NCBI GenBank assembly: GCA_009103225.1
Contig: RHPI01001292.1
Span: 287,243-351,242, forward strand
DNA: 64,000 nt
Source of the DNA: Chlorokybus atmophyticus
Lineage: Eukaryota > Plantae > Mesostigma and Chlorokybus algae
Direction: 5' to 3'
Below the pieces are notes generated by a model. That model searched no databases, was not told where the DNA came from, and worked only from the letters and a program-made list of their open reading frames with translations. The translations under genes and the position numbers were made by a program. Positions 40,315 to 53,585 of the stretch are shown one piece after another (position 1 is the stretch's first letter; each line of letters opens with the position of its first letter).

Positions 40315-41785
40315 CTACTGTTTTGCCATGCCTTGTGTACATCGTCCTTGGTAACGATTCAATGTTTGACAGACGCCTAGTGGGTAGCACCATGTTGACA
40401 TTGGGACAGAATGTTGTAACTGTGTTAGGTGCTTATGGCGTGTTACTTGCATCTTTGTGACATGTGCCACTGTTCGCACCGCCGGTACTACGACTTCTAA
40501 GTGCGCAACACATGCGTGCACGCAAAGCAATAGACTGCCTCTGCAACAGATGACACGCATTGGGGGGCAGTAGTGATAGGGGTAGAGGTAGCGGGTAGAT
40601 AGCATGCAAGCGCATGCCTTAGCCCAGTGGTCAAACACTATTCACATTACCCACTTGTCCAACAACACATACACGGTGCCCATGCCTACCACAACACCAA
40701 CACTAGCAACACAGTTAACAGCAACACTGACACGCTGCCAACGACTACACTGCCGGCTCAAGCTGACCCAACAATCGCCACATCCGCCTCCAATGTTGGC
40801 CTCGTTGCCTGCAGCAGCGCCCAGCCCGGAGTCGCTGCCACTGCCGCCGCACCCCTCTTGAGCAGGGCCATGCCCTGCGCCCTCTACAGCGCGCAGGCCA
40901 TGCGCTGCCGAAACAAAGTGGTCAAGTAGGTGAGTGGTTGTGATGGGGTTGTGGCATGGCATGTTCACGTAGATTTGCATGTGCGAGTTGCACCTTGCAT
41001 CTTATGTACACAACTGCAGCAGATCCTGGTAGGCTTTTGCCACATTGCCACACAAAACAGTTTCCTGCGAGACGAATCAATGAATAGCCTATCAATTGGC
41101 ACACTGTACAACAAGGCCAATTTTGCTTTGTGTGAAGCAGAATACGAGTCGAGGCGAACTACGTCAACCATACTGCATGTGCGCATCAAATGTTCATGTC
41201 GTCATGCATTGTGAGTGCAAAATGCGCAAATAGTCTTCGCTACTAGCTTCTAGCATCTCTGTGGCAGTTGCACTCACATCACCACGGCCCACATCTAATT
41301 TTGTGTACTCCATGTGTAAGAAATTGGAAAAAATGCTGCACGACTACACATGTGGGCACAAAGCAACGATGCCTTTGTACTGCATGCCGTGTGCCTCATG
41401 TCTGAGGATGCTATGTGGTCAAGTCATATGGCATACTACTTCATGCACCCAAACAACTATGTGTGTGGAGTTGCTACACTGGTGCGCTAACACCGAGCCT
41501 ATCTCTTGCCCTACCATGTGCAAGCAGGCTAATTCTTTAAACTGCGTCTTGCTGTTGCGTTTCAACCACAGAGGCTCAGAGTCTGTCTCACAAGCCATTC
41601 CTACTTTCTTGAGCGGACCCCGCGGTGTATCTCCACTGCTTTCAACCTTTCCCTCAAACTCGGCTGCAAAACTGTGCCTGTGTACTGCTGCTAAGCTGCT
41701 ATCGCTGGAAAAAATCTGCTGTTCTGTTGCTGCAAAATTGGTCACCACTCTAGCCTGTTGAAGCCCACTGAGAGAAGACTGGGGA

Positions 41786-44161
41786 TCAAGCGCAGATTGA
41801 CCGCAGCTGCTGCACACTGTTGACAGAGGGCGGGTGTTGCGGTTGGACATCATTGAGCAAATCGAGCCACAACGCAGAGTCCTCCGGCTCGCAGATGTCC
41901 TGCTCACCAACTGTGGTGTCGGTGATGCAGTTAATATCCATCTCAAAGTCACTCACACTTCCTTGGCATGCTTTGATGTCAGCAGCAGCAGGAGTGCTGA
42001 TATTGCCTGCAGGGGTGCTCATGTTGCGCCCATCCGGTGCCGCAATGAGCTCCTGCAGCTGCTGCTGAAGCGATGCCAACATTGCTTCGCTGCAGAGCGT
42101 GCCGGGCTTTGCCAACGGGGTGCCAACAGTTCCGTCATGGGATGCGGTTGAAGATGCTGTCATCAGTGCCTGATGAGGCGGCAGCAGCTGCGGCAGCAAC
42201 AGCGAGTTCATTAAGCTGGATGCGCACGGTGGGGTTCCCGTGGCGAGCGCGTCGTGCAGCACTCCCGGGAGCTGCACGTCTGTCTCCGCAAGTTTCTTTG
42301 CAAGCCTGCATGCATATATGCGTGAGGCAAAACCATACACCAGCACAGTGAAAGTAACACCACAGGCACAACACAACATGTACGCACACTGCATGTCTGC
42401 GCACATGCATGTGCACATGTGTGCGTGCGTGCGTCACAGTTGTTTGTTTAAATAAAAATGCACGTTTATGCAGGCGTCACACAACTGTACGAGACAACAG
42501 ACCTGTCCCAGTCTCGCTCGAGCTGCACACGGATACGCGTGCGGAGGCTGCGCTCCGCTTCGGCTCTAGCCAAGGCCGCTTCCATCTCTGCCACACGTGC
42601 CGCTGCCGCTGCGTTCGCCGCCCTCAATGCATCCACCTGCAAGCACTGCATGTCACGCACAAACATCGGCTTCTAGGGACTTGAGTTCTGCTCGGTTGCA
42701 AGTACTCGGCCTATTGTGATGTGTTGTGTTAAGAACGCAACATCCGTCAACCTGAGAGTCTTTTTCGTGCATTGTGTGGGCAACGAAGACAGTATCGACG
42801 GGGCAAAGGGGGCCGCTGGGGTTGGACTCTCTACGCCAAGCTTGCAGACTACATAACACACATCTCTCGCAGCAACCTTGACACCCAGCTTCTCTCCTGC
42901 AACTCAACACTGGTACTTAACAACCAAGCAGCTTTGGGAACTCGAGGTGGCGTGGATGCTCGTGCGCATGCATGTGGACATGCCTTCAACTGAGAGTACG
43001 CTCTTTATTTCATGCACGCTCAACTTTCGATAACGCCTTTGCAAGCCTAGCAGACAAATGCATGCTGTGAGGGTTCGCATGAGGTTGTCCAGATGGTACT
43101 AAACTCTCGAATGAAGCGGGAGAACTCTCTTATATGTCTACCGGAGTGATTCACCATAAGCTGTTCGAGCTGATCCCCTACAGAGCTGTTACAGCCCCTC
43201 CCCCCAACAAGAGTAAAACCCACTATGCTGCATCAACAAACCCACCTGGTTTTCGAGGTACGACAGCTGCTGGCGCTTGCGCATGCGCGACCGCCGTGCC
43301 GACTCCCGATTCGCCGCCACCCTGAGGCAAGGGCCGCCAATATCAATAACAATGCTGACAGTGGTTGTATCAACATAAGACTACACCAAGAGCAAGCAGA
43401 ACAGCCCCATCCATTGCACTCACTGCACCTTCTCATGCGCTTGAACTGCTGCTGCGAACATCCGCACCTCCCGCAGTCCCTCTTGCCTCCGTCTGCTCCA
43501 CCCGCATCCGAACCCGTGTGTTCGCCGCCTGATGATCAGTCCGACAACATCAACAACATTGCATCGGTCAACTGCATAACGAAGCGAACAGAAGCCAAAA
43601 GCACAGTAGCCAATCCTGATACCAGCATGCACTGACCTCACACTCGATCATGGTAACCAATGCACCAGACGCCAATATTTGCACCCACACATCAAATCAG
43701 GCAAACATACGCATTGAGACTAGACACGGCTGCAACTAAATCTAATCTGGACTTGTTGGTCTGAGCCAGGCCAGGCCAGACGGGAGCCAGACCCAGGCCT
43801 AGTTTGACTAATGACAGCAGCTAACTGGTCCAGAATACAACTTGAACGAGAACTGGCTGGATGGCTGCATGCAGTTGAGCTGCGTTGAGGGTCTGGTCAA
43901 GCGTACTGGCAAAACTCACAGACGGATGTGGCAGAGTGCATCACCTTCAGGCTGGCTGGCCTCAGGGCTGCGATCAGGGCTGCTGGTCGGGGATGAAGAA
44001 GCGGAGCAGAGAGGACGCGCATGAGAAGGCAACCTGATGCAGCTTTTCCTTTTGTTGTTGTTGTTGTTGTGACTGTCTCCAGCGTGGGCGGCATGGTCAA
44101 TGCTGCCAGCGCTGTGATGGTGATGGTGCTGGACGTCGACCGTGCCGCTCAGCTTGGCCAT
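41786..44161 (-). CDS. bZIP transcription factor (group C/S-like basic region), about 5 exons
   Basis: Spliced QQQFKRMRR/VAANRESARRSRMRKRQQLSYLENQ/VDALRAANAAAAARVAEMEAALARAEAE gives a basic region plus zipper. N-terminus MAKLSGTVDVQHHHHH. The 3' end at 41786 may extend further. Confidence 0.85.
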
Positions 44162-45483
44162 GCCAACAACAACGAGGAGGATGGCGACGACAGCCACAAG
44201 CAGAAGAACAGGCAGACACTTGTCTTCAGCAATGGCTGCACGCATGCATGCACATAGCCTAAGCATGAGAGAGACAACCCTCAATCCAGCCCTGAGCCTT
44301 TATGTGCGCCAACTGCGGATTCTGATTATTCCCTGCTTGTTTTATCCTGATATAGTTACACATCAACAGCTGTCAGCAGGCCCTGTACTGCGGAGGAGAA
44401 ATTCCAAACACTGAGCGTAACCGTCACAGTGCTTGACAGTGCGTTCCATTAAAGCTTGATACACTCATCGACACAGTAAACGGATGCCATGCCTTGGGAG
44501 CAACGCTCACTGCTTGCATGACAACACATTGCGTTGCGTAGCAGACGCCACCTATGGGCAAACACACGCGGTACCTAGCAGCACAAGGGGCGACCTTCTC
44601 CATGCATCAAGTGTTACGGAGGGACGCGTAACAGCAGGCGCCCGTGTCTGCTTGACAACCTTTAAGCTAGAGAAATCAGAGGAATTTCACAAAACACAAC
44701 GTCCCATCAAGGTCATGACGGCCAGCTTTCTGCGCTGATAGCGCACGTAGATGCGACCAGAAGGATACAGGGATTCCTGCGGTTACGGTGGAGAACATTA
44801 CGGCGCATCAGAATCAGTAGCGGTGGTGGCATTGGCCGCAATGGCTGGTTGTGAGATCTGAGGTCCAAGAAGTGCGAGGAGCGTACGCAGCAGGCTGGGA
44901 AAGGACGCGGCTCAAAAGCGGTGGATTGTGCATGGTTTTCGAGGCAGGGACAGAGATGTCTGCCTGCCTGCCTGCGGCGGTGCGCACAGAACTGCGCGCA
45001 CAATGACCGGCTGTTACTGCGGGAGTGCATGGTTACTTTGGATTTGTCGAAGTCCGCTTTCCAGCTGCGCGGAAGAAGATGCCGGCAGCTACAGCAAATG
45101 CCTCCATCTGCTGCGTGTGTTACAGAGACAGTGTGGGCGCCCGCAAGTGCATCGGCAGGTGCAGCCGCTGCTGTGTGTTGCTGTCAAAACAGTGAGTGAG
45201 TAAAGCAGCAATGTCTGCCATGAGCAACACACCTGCCTTGGCAGTCTCGCCCCATTATGAAGTTCATATGCTCCGAGATGTTGCAGGGCACGGTTCTCCT
45301 GCACTGGTGGAGTCGAGCTGCTCTGGGTGACTTCATGCATTATTATGAGGTAAGATACGATATGCAACAGAACGCAGTGGCGTGTACATAAGGCATGCCA
45401 CTCATACTTCTTTCTACAATTGCGGCAAAGATGAAGCGCCTGCTGTCAAATGTCACTACAGCACGCAGTAGCAACTAAGACAC

Positions 45484-48400
45484 CTAGCGTGCCAACTTGA
45501 GTTTCACAGCAGAAGGTGTGCGCAGCTTCGTAACCGTTGGAATGCGCGACGGGGTGTTGTTGGCGCGAGGGGAACCTGATTCTGAGCCCTTCTCGCTACC
45601 AAGCGGTGATCCAAGCCCATTGATCAATCCATTCTCGGATGACACTTTGGGGATGTTGCTAGTCGTTTCAACATGCTTCTTTGCAGGGCCTGTCTCAACT
45701 CCACGCGCTCGGACAGCGAATGCAAGCGAGCACAGTGTTTCTGCCAACGATGACAGAAAGTAAGCATGCGTGTGCAATGCTGTCAGCAACGAGTAGTTTC
45801 CCATTGAACGCCAATACTGAACTCTTGACGCTTGCCCTCACCTGTTGCATTGAAAGCTGCTGGGCTAACTTGAACAACCATCAAAGTTTTTCCATCTCCA
45901 CCCAAAGAGTCCTGCATCACACATGAGGTGAGTTCAGATGTGGTTTATAACAAGCTATCATGCGATGCGCACCTGTAGTAGGTAGGTAAGGGTGCTATTG
46001 CGGTATGGCACATGTCTGTTTTTGGAAGCCAGCGCTTGTACAACATCTCCCAGGGCAGACAAAGACTTGTTGATGTGCTGTGCTTCCTTCAAACGCTCTC
46101 CCGTTGCCTGACAAATGCGAAGGGTCAACTCACCTAACCAACTACTACTGGGCACACAACATGTTCGATGTTGAGCAGCAGCGCAACAATGCAACACTGA
46201 CCTCTGACTTTGATAAACGCTCACTGCCTGCCAAGTCGACTAGCACCAACTTGCCGCTCAACCTTGTGTTGGACACCTGCACCGGCCTTCGTTGTCAACA
46301 TTGGCCTTCATTACGGTGAGCGCAGTTTGCTGCTTGACAACCACCTCAAGGACCACTTACCAGGTTATCACCCTTCACTGTCACTGAAAGCAGGCAATGC
46401 GACCGACTACTATGGTCGTTCATGCTGCAACGCAAGGGCACAGTATGAGAGAAGTACTGCATTCATCATGCACTGCAGCTCCCAACACAGCATATATGTT
46501 GTAACTGGTGGATATGCTTGCAGTAGCCTCAGTACGACAGTATGTACAACACTCACTTGGTGGCACCAGTTGAACGGTTTTTTCTGCCACGATCCAGCAC
46601 TGCAAGCGCCTCTTCCAAGCTGACATTTGCATACGGGTGTCAAAGCGCTTCACAACCTATATGCCTTACCTGACATGTTTACCTTGTTATTGCAACAGTC
46701 GTGCATCCTGGGACGTATACGCCGTCTGGACCTTGACGGACTTCCAGCCTCGGAGGACCAGCTGTGGATACGGACGAATTCCAACTATCACGAACAGATG
46801 CCTCAGGTTCCGCAAGCAGGTCCCGAACCTGTGTTGTGAAATGGGACATCAGCACGTGTTACCAGCATGTCGAAACAACATCAGTACTGCATTCGGGTTT
46901 CAATTCGTCACCTGTTCATTGTAGATCTCCATAACAGACACTGCTACAGAGTACTCAAAGTCCTGCTTGCGTTCAGCGACGCCTTCAAACAGAGCGTTCA
47001 GCGTGCGCAGATTGATACCCCAATTGCCAGCTGTGCCATCCATTGTGTATGTCTTTCCGCTGCCTGTCTGCACATCGGAATGCACGCAAACTCAGTGACA
47101 CAGTGTACCTAGTACTACACTGATGCAACCAAACATCCAGGAACAAAAGCCTACCTGTCCGTATGCAAAGATGCACACATGGTAGCCATCCAACACGGAA
47201 GTGAGAAGGGGCTCCACCTCATCAAATACAGTGGCCTGTATGCGCACATTAAGTTTCACGCCACCACAACCAAAAAACCTGTAGTGGCATGTATGTCGTG
47301 CATGATTTATAATCTGCCAGTCATGTCTCACTTCGCTGTTGACCCATCAATGTTCCTTTCCATTCATTATAGGTAACCTTATTACTATCTCCATGGGCGC
47401 TTTTCTGATTCAGTGCATTGTATGAACTGTTGTCCAAAACCAAACAGCACATGCTTAATACGGCATACCCACCTGCTCAGAGTTTGGTCCAAAGGTATTG
47501 TCAAACTCAAATGCTTGTGCCCTCCCAGTAGCAGGATGCATGACTTCGACCTGCACAATTGTGGTCATAGTTGACATCACAAGATGCTCCAGATGTGCAC
47601 TGCTTCCGGAGTTCTGCAACATAATCGCCACATCACATACGCAAGCATGCAGACTTACCTGTCCTTCTTCAGGGAAGGAGGTGATGGAGTGCTGATGCAT
47701 GGCGTCTTCTTCACTCGTTAGTGGACGAACACGACAGAATACCCTAACATTCCCTCGCAAGTCTTGCAACTGCCCAACAAAAGGTTCAGCATAACCACTG
47801 TGCAGGTTGCTTATGAAAGGTTGGGATATACTCGAACCTGGTTAAATATGCGGCGGCGTTCCTTCATCTCAGCCCGGAACTTATCGCGCCAGAGTGCAAC
47901 CTCAGCCTGAGCCTTTTCTTGTTCCTTAGCAACTTCAAGCTGCACAGTCTGCAGAGCGAGCTCCTTCTCTCGCTGTGCAGCCTGCAGAGCCTGTTCTGCA
48001 ACAAGCAGCTTCTCTTGCAGTGCACGGAGACCATTTGATTGGTGACGAAGCTCTTCGTTCTCTCTGGCAGCACTCCGCTGGGCATCCTGTAAACTGAGCA
48101 AACCACTTGTGTGTCAACTTGCGTCATCCAGCGCCCATAGGTGACTGAATATAACCATGTAATGTGAGGGTCGCACACTTTGCTGCTGCTCTGCCAACAC
48201 TCCTACCTGCTGCGTTCAAGTAAAGCAGCATCTCTCTCCTGCACCAGTGTCACAGACAGCTCTTGCGCAAGAGTTACACGCTGCGTCAGCTGCAGGACCT
48301 GATGCTCCATCTCGTTGTTGGCTGCTGCCATGGCATCTGCATGTGCGGCCACAGCAACAACAAGGCGTCCACCAAGGCGTGATATATCCTGAGCCATCTC

Positions 48401-50071
48401 TGCGATTTGCCCTGCAGCATGCTGTCGTATGTGCTTGAGATCCGCAGCCAAGTATTGCACCTGTGACAGCATCAGTGAGTTCTCATTGTCAAAAGCGTGC
48501 CAGCGGGACGCGCTGTTAGAGGACTGTAGCACACTGGAAAGCAAAGAGTTGCCTAACAAGGACAGTGCAACATTGGATTATGCACCTTCTGCTGATGGCT
48601 GCGCAGGTAAGCCAACAGCTTTCGCTTTGCAAGGTCGTCCCGAAGCTTTACCTCTGGGCTTGGCAGCAGGGACTCCCCTTGTTTTCCCCGTGGAATGCCT
48701 GCCAGCAGACACACCTGTCAAGTTTGCACAGCTGGCAATACATGCTGAGAGCCGCATGCCGGTGACGAAAGGTCATACTTGGAACAGGGGTAGCACTGCG
48801 GACTTGTCCTTGCTCTGGAGCCATGTAATGCAGACGCATCTGTTCATCTTTCAGCATCACCTGCGACACCTCCCTCAGTTTTAGCACTGGTAACATGCAT
48901 TGTGTACATGCTGGCGTCATATCACAACACAATTCCACTGACCTCGCGCAAGGACGTGTGGCAGTTGCGAAGGTTTTCATTGGATTTTTGCAAGGCAGCA
49001 CTAAGGGAAGCCACCTACTCAAGATACTTGAGTTGGTACGTCAGTGAAGTTGAGCTGCAGGACTTTATTCTAATTCTGATTCTAAGTGTTAGTACTACAA
49101 CAAAGCACTGACCTGTTCTGGTAGGGAAATAAGTCGACTATGGAGAGTTTGCCTCTCCGCTGAGAGAATCCTGGAGGGTGAGGTGAGCTTGGAGAAGGAA
49201 CTGCTCATGGGAGAGGGTGTTTGAATGGTGGGGCTTGTGCTTCCAACATCAAGCCTGGACGGTGTCAACCCATGCTCTTCGCCATTGGCAACTGGTTTAC
49301 GCCTGCGCATCTCGCCAAACCCAAGATTGACATCACCGTTTGGTGTGCCAGTAACTCCACTATCGGCGGATCCATCTGAGCTATCCATGAGCTGCCAGTG
49401 TGCCTGCATGCATGACAAAGGGTCTGCTACATTTAACTAACACAAGCGAGATCTGCCATAACGTCTATGAGACACTGAACAATAAACTTGCTGGGTCATC
49501 ACACGTCACGGAGTGACCACAGTCCATCACCCACCTTGCTGTGAACAGTGCTGCATGTGTGTGTTCATATCGCAACCCACAACTGCATAAGTAATGTACG
49601 TGCCATGCTGCGATGACATGTACATAACATAGTAGAAAGTGAATTCAGTGTTGCTGCCAGGCTGGAGTCGTTGTTGCTGGCGCACATAGGTCTGCTAAGG
49701 TTGATGAATGACTTTTACATGTCAACACCATGCCTAAATATCAATACACACCCAAGAACAGATCGCCGCAGAGTGCCCAGCCCAACAACAGTAATACTGT
49801 GCGATGTGCAACCACTGGACAGATGGAAGGTGCTGACTAAGAGGAGACGATATGTATTAATTTAACGCGAATGTACATATGGATAGAGCAGGGCCTGTAT
49901 GCGCAACCTTTCATAGCCATAATATAATCAGTTAGCAACCGTGGCATCACTAAGCCGCACAATGCAAGCCTCCCGCACCATTTGGCTGTGAGTCTCCTTG
50001 CCCTGCTCATCAATGATCATCGCTGTCGCAGACCCTCCAGCGGCCTCAGGCGGCCAGAACGGCGCCGGCAT
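45484..50071 (-). CDS. Kinesin-14 family C-terminal motor protein with N-terminal coiled coil
   Basis: Neck [25 protein letters not shown]-loop [21 protein letters not shown], switch I NDHSSRSH, switch [40 protein letters not shown]. The first exon (ATG 50071) is tentative. Confidence 0.92.
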
Positions 50072-50519
50072 CACCCACCAACAGCAGCAGGAGCAACCAC
50101 TGCAGCAACTGCTGCCCTCAAACTAGCTGAGCTGCAGCGCCCAGCGCACACTGAGCAAGCTCAAACCTCCTCCCCTGGCTCACGCATCAACCCAAGCAGG
50201 CGATCCTACACGTAATACTTCCACACCTCTTCCCCGACAGGCCCGCCGCCCAACCCCACCACACAGACAGCCGTCGCCGCCGCCCGCCTCCTCCTTCAAG
50301 CTGTTGACCAGGCCAGCATGTTCAAAAGCGCTCTCTGTCTTTGTGGCTTGCATTCAAAACACGCTTCTGGTTTTCGCCACGCCGAAAAGCGGGGAGAATT
50401 TATGCAATGCAATGCGCTTCCCGCGTTGAGTGACTTGACCGCCAGGACACGCTGAGGCTCCGACCACAGCACGGTCCCAGACGCAGTCTTGAGTTTGAGA
50501 GTGGTTGGGATTGAGATAG

Positions 50520-50528
50520 TTAGGGTTT
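50520..50528. promoter_or_regulatory. Telo-box (TTAGGGTTT) upstream of SDH6
   Basis: Exact motif about 63 nt upstream of the SDH6 ATG, in the kinesin/SDH6 divergent promoter. Confidence 0.5.
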
Positions 50529-50590
50529 CGGTGGTTTGGCTGAGTCAAGGACTCTGATAAGGGTTGGCTGGGGGGACAGCAGCGGCGGCA

Positions 50591-51507
50591 ATGGCGGGGG
50601 CGGAGGCGGAGGCGGAGGAGAAGAAAGTTCCGTGGTGGGGCGTGGACAAGGCTGCTTGGAGGCGCAGGCTTGCTGTCGTCGAACAGGCATGTGCTTTCAA
50701 TGTGTTGTTGAGCGTTTGCCTTTGTGTTGTAAAAGCCACGTGTTGGCCAGCTTGCATGGTTTTCCTTCTGCTGCCTGGAATTTCGCCACCAACTGTCTAC
50801 ACATTGTTTCATGCTTAACCACAGAACTAGCAGTTGTCATTTGGGATGCATGTGCATGCTGCAGCTGCTTGAATGGACGATAGCGCTGGTTGACCCATTG
50901 CTGCATGACATGATGATTGCTGGCTTGAGAGCACGTGCATTGGCATGTTCAGGTTGACACCATATTTGAGGGACCGCGACTGCCGCCTTGGTCTGACACA
51001 GATGTTGAGGAATTCAAACGTGAAGACCCCGAGCATGGCGCTCAGGTCAGGGTTCAAGCTGTCACTCTGTGCGCACCGCTGCATTGCGTTTGCCTGCTGC
51101 TTGGCACTTTGCATTAGGTCACGCTTGACCGGTGCAGTACCAACGTCGCAGCTTACACAGCTGATTCCTTGCAAGTATATCAACAAGCAGTGGTTTGCAC
51201 TGTTTAACAAAGTTGCTGCTCGGTTGGTCATGGCGCTGCAAACCTCCAGGTCCAAGCGCTGAGGACTGCTGGGAACATCTGCTTGGGGGGTGCTGCAGCT
51301 GGAGGTGTGGCATTCGCTGCAATTGCTGCTCGCCACAGCAGGTCGGCGATTGGCGCCGGTCTGGCGCTCGCGGCTGGTGGTCTGGTGGGGTATGTTGTCA
51401 CGGAAGAAGCTGCCAACTGGAGCCTGGGTCTCTACAAGTTCGACCAGTTGCAGGCCAATGTCAAGTTTCTGGACTGGTGGAAGTCGAAGAACGGTATCAG
51501 GAGCTAA
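50591..51507 (+). CDS. SDH6: Plant-specific succinate dehydrogenase subunit 6, 3 exons (first intron GC-AG)
   Basis: Exons 50591-50686, 50953-51045, 51250-51507. LPPWSDTDVEEFKREDPEHG, EEAANWSLGLYKFD and ANVKFLDWWKSK match plant SDH6 (LPPWSSSDVEEFIASDPVHG, EVANHTLQLYKLD, AQVKFMEWW). Confidence 0.88.
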
Positions 51508-52500
51508 AACGAATGCATGTCTGTACGTTGGCAATTGTGCCCTTGATGACATATTAGTGCTGATGGTGTCTGTATAGTAGAGTAATGTGTGAGTGTACCT
51601 GTTGCTGGATGTGGTCGTAAGTGAATGGCGCGCCTAGAACTTGTGCATCTGCATCATGGTGGGCAATATAGCAAAATTCTATAATTCTGTCCAACCGACA
51701 TGTGTGAGTTGACGTATGCTAGTGACCTTGCCGCTTAGCATAGCGATATCATCTTCGAGTTTTCTGTTGTTGCAATGCAACAGTTTGCAACTCGAGTGTG
51801 TACCAGTTGTATGCTGAGTTGGAAATTGGTTGTTACGGTAATTGAGCTGCACACGTACGGGGAATCAACAGCGGCCGAGTGTACGAACAAACGCAAACAC
51901 GTGGATCAAATGCACAACTTCAACATGTGTAATTATGCACAAACATGGACGTAGTGTTAGCCAGAATTGCAACAAGATCAATGCTGTTGCATTGATTTAA
52001 CAATAGCTAATCCGCACAGTCCCACCCCACCCACCCTTGCCGTATATGTTCGTGCGCATGCTTCTTGCATTGTGACTCTTAGGTCTCAATAGGCGGCGCC
52101 ATTTGTGGCTTCCTCATGTTTAAGCTTAGCATAGTTCAACTAGAGCGGATACAACTCAAGCGCTTGTGTCTAGACCTGCGTCCGTGGCATACGCATCATA
52201 TGCACCAACTACGTCATATATAGTAAACAAGTGATGACTCATACGACTCATATAAACTGTATACACTAGTATATACTGACGTTTAATAAATATGTTATGG
52301 TCATGGATGTCTATAATGAGACGATGCTGACTTGATTTGTGCTTCAGCTTGTGATCATCATGTCAATATGAATGTTCACATTGAGTGCATGTGCACTAAT
52401 GTAATTGTATATATTCATTGGTTGATGTGACCAGAGACAAATGCCCCACATATCACAGTAACATCCTCATTATAATTATATACAACTTACAAAAGGTATA

Positions 52501-52557
52501 TCAAGCGATTGTACTTATGTAATGAATGAATCGAGCGATTGTACTTATGTAATGAAT
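52501..52557. repeat. Tandem duplication with a 30-nt period (AGCGATTGTACTTATGTAATGAAT x2)
   Basis: Two identical 24-nt cores at 52504 and 52534 in an AT-rich block. Confidence 0.9.
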
Positions 52558-53585
52558 TATATATGCTTGCATGTATGCTGATCATCATTTCTTGTAAGCA
52601 CTCTATATGTTAAAGTATTGCAATAAATGCGTCACAAGTTTCAGGTGGTATTTGTCGCAAAATGAAACCACAAATCGTTCACATAAAGTATGTTTGCCGT
52701 TGCAAAAAATATTACAATGAGCAAAATGGTTAAGCATTTGCGAAATGATGACAAAGCTTGCTCCCACCGGTGGAGTGCTTAAATGTGCTGTTGTTAATGT
52801 ACGTGCATGTTTCGAGATGGCATATGCATGAATGATATTTCAATAAGTATAATAATTGTTGTCAAAGCGCAATATATTTTTATGTTTATATGAATACGTA
52901 ACTTGTTGTAACACATGGTTTGCTCAAGCATAACTGTATAAGTCTAGTACAATACTTACTCCAATTGTTTACATAACAGGCCTTTTAAGCGTATCGTTTC
53001 CATTTCAGCATGTTACTCAAAGTGAAAGACATTTTATGCCAAGCTTCATGTCATTGGAACTTGGGGGGGATTGAAAGCCCTTTCGTGACAAGCTTTCAGT
53101 GCAGAAGCTTCTGCGGTGAGGCTCTCCGCTGGGCGTGTGCCGCAGGAGCGCTTTCGTGTGCAAAGATCCGGACGTCAGCCCCCTGCCGCGTGCCTAGCAC
53201 ACGCCCTTGGTTACGGGCGCGGCGCCATCGCCGCACGCCACGTCGCACCACCGAACCACCACGGCGGGGCATCGTGCCGCCCGCTGCCCCTCCCCTCGCT
53301 ACGTCACGCCCGTGCGCGCCTTAGCCGAACTCGAGATCCCCTCTGGACACCCGTCGGTGCGATATCAGCTCCTGCTACCGCTAGCTTGGCGGGGGAACTT
53401 CTGCACTGTGCTCGATATCGGCTGCGAGGATCTACCAGGGTTCTTCGTGACATCTGGGCTTGTGGCGGCGGAGAGGTTGTGGTCGCGGTTGCTGGTGAGG
53501 AGGTTGGCCGAATTGGCGGGCGGATTAGTAACAGAGCTTTAACCTTTACGTCTATCAGTAGGTGGTCTGTTTGCAGTTTGGTAGT

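Noticed and set aside
41419-41952. 177-aa ORF possibly extending the bZIP C-terminus, together with 40642-40980
   Set aside because: It is in a different frame from the last exon. Joining it needs an implausibly short (about 37-nt) intron, and it has no recognisable domain.
43330-43480. Apparent Cys-rich zinc finger (CGRCGC...CSECNGWGCSAC) in the bZIP gene
   Set aside because: The splice donor after KRMRR, needed to complete the bZIP basic region, places most of these cysteines in an intron.
53090-53110. IRE-like hairpin (AAGCTTT-CAGTGC-AGAAGCTT) upstream of ferritin
   Set aside because: It lacks the bulged C at the canonical position, has a 3' bulge, and lies about 480 nt upstream of the ATG. 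Plant ferritins are not known to use IRE/IRP control.
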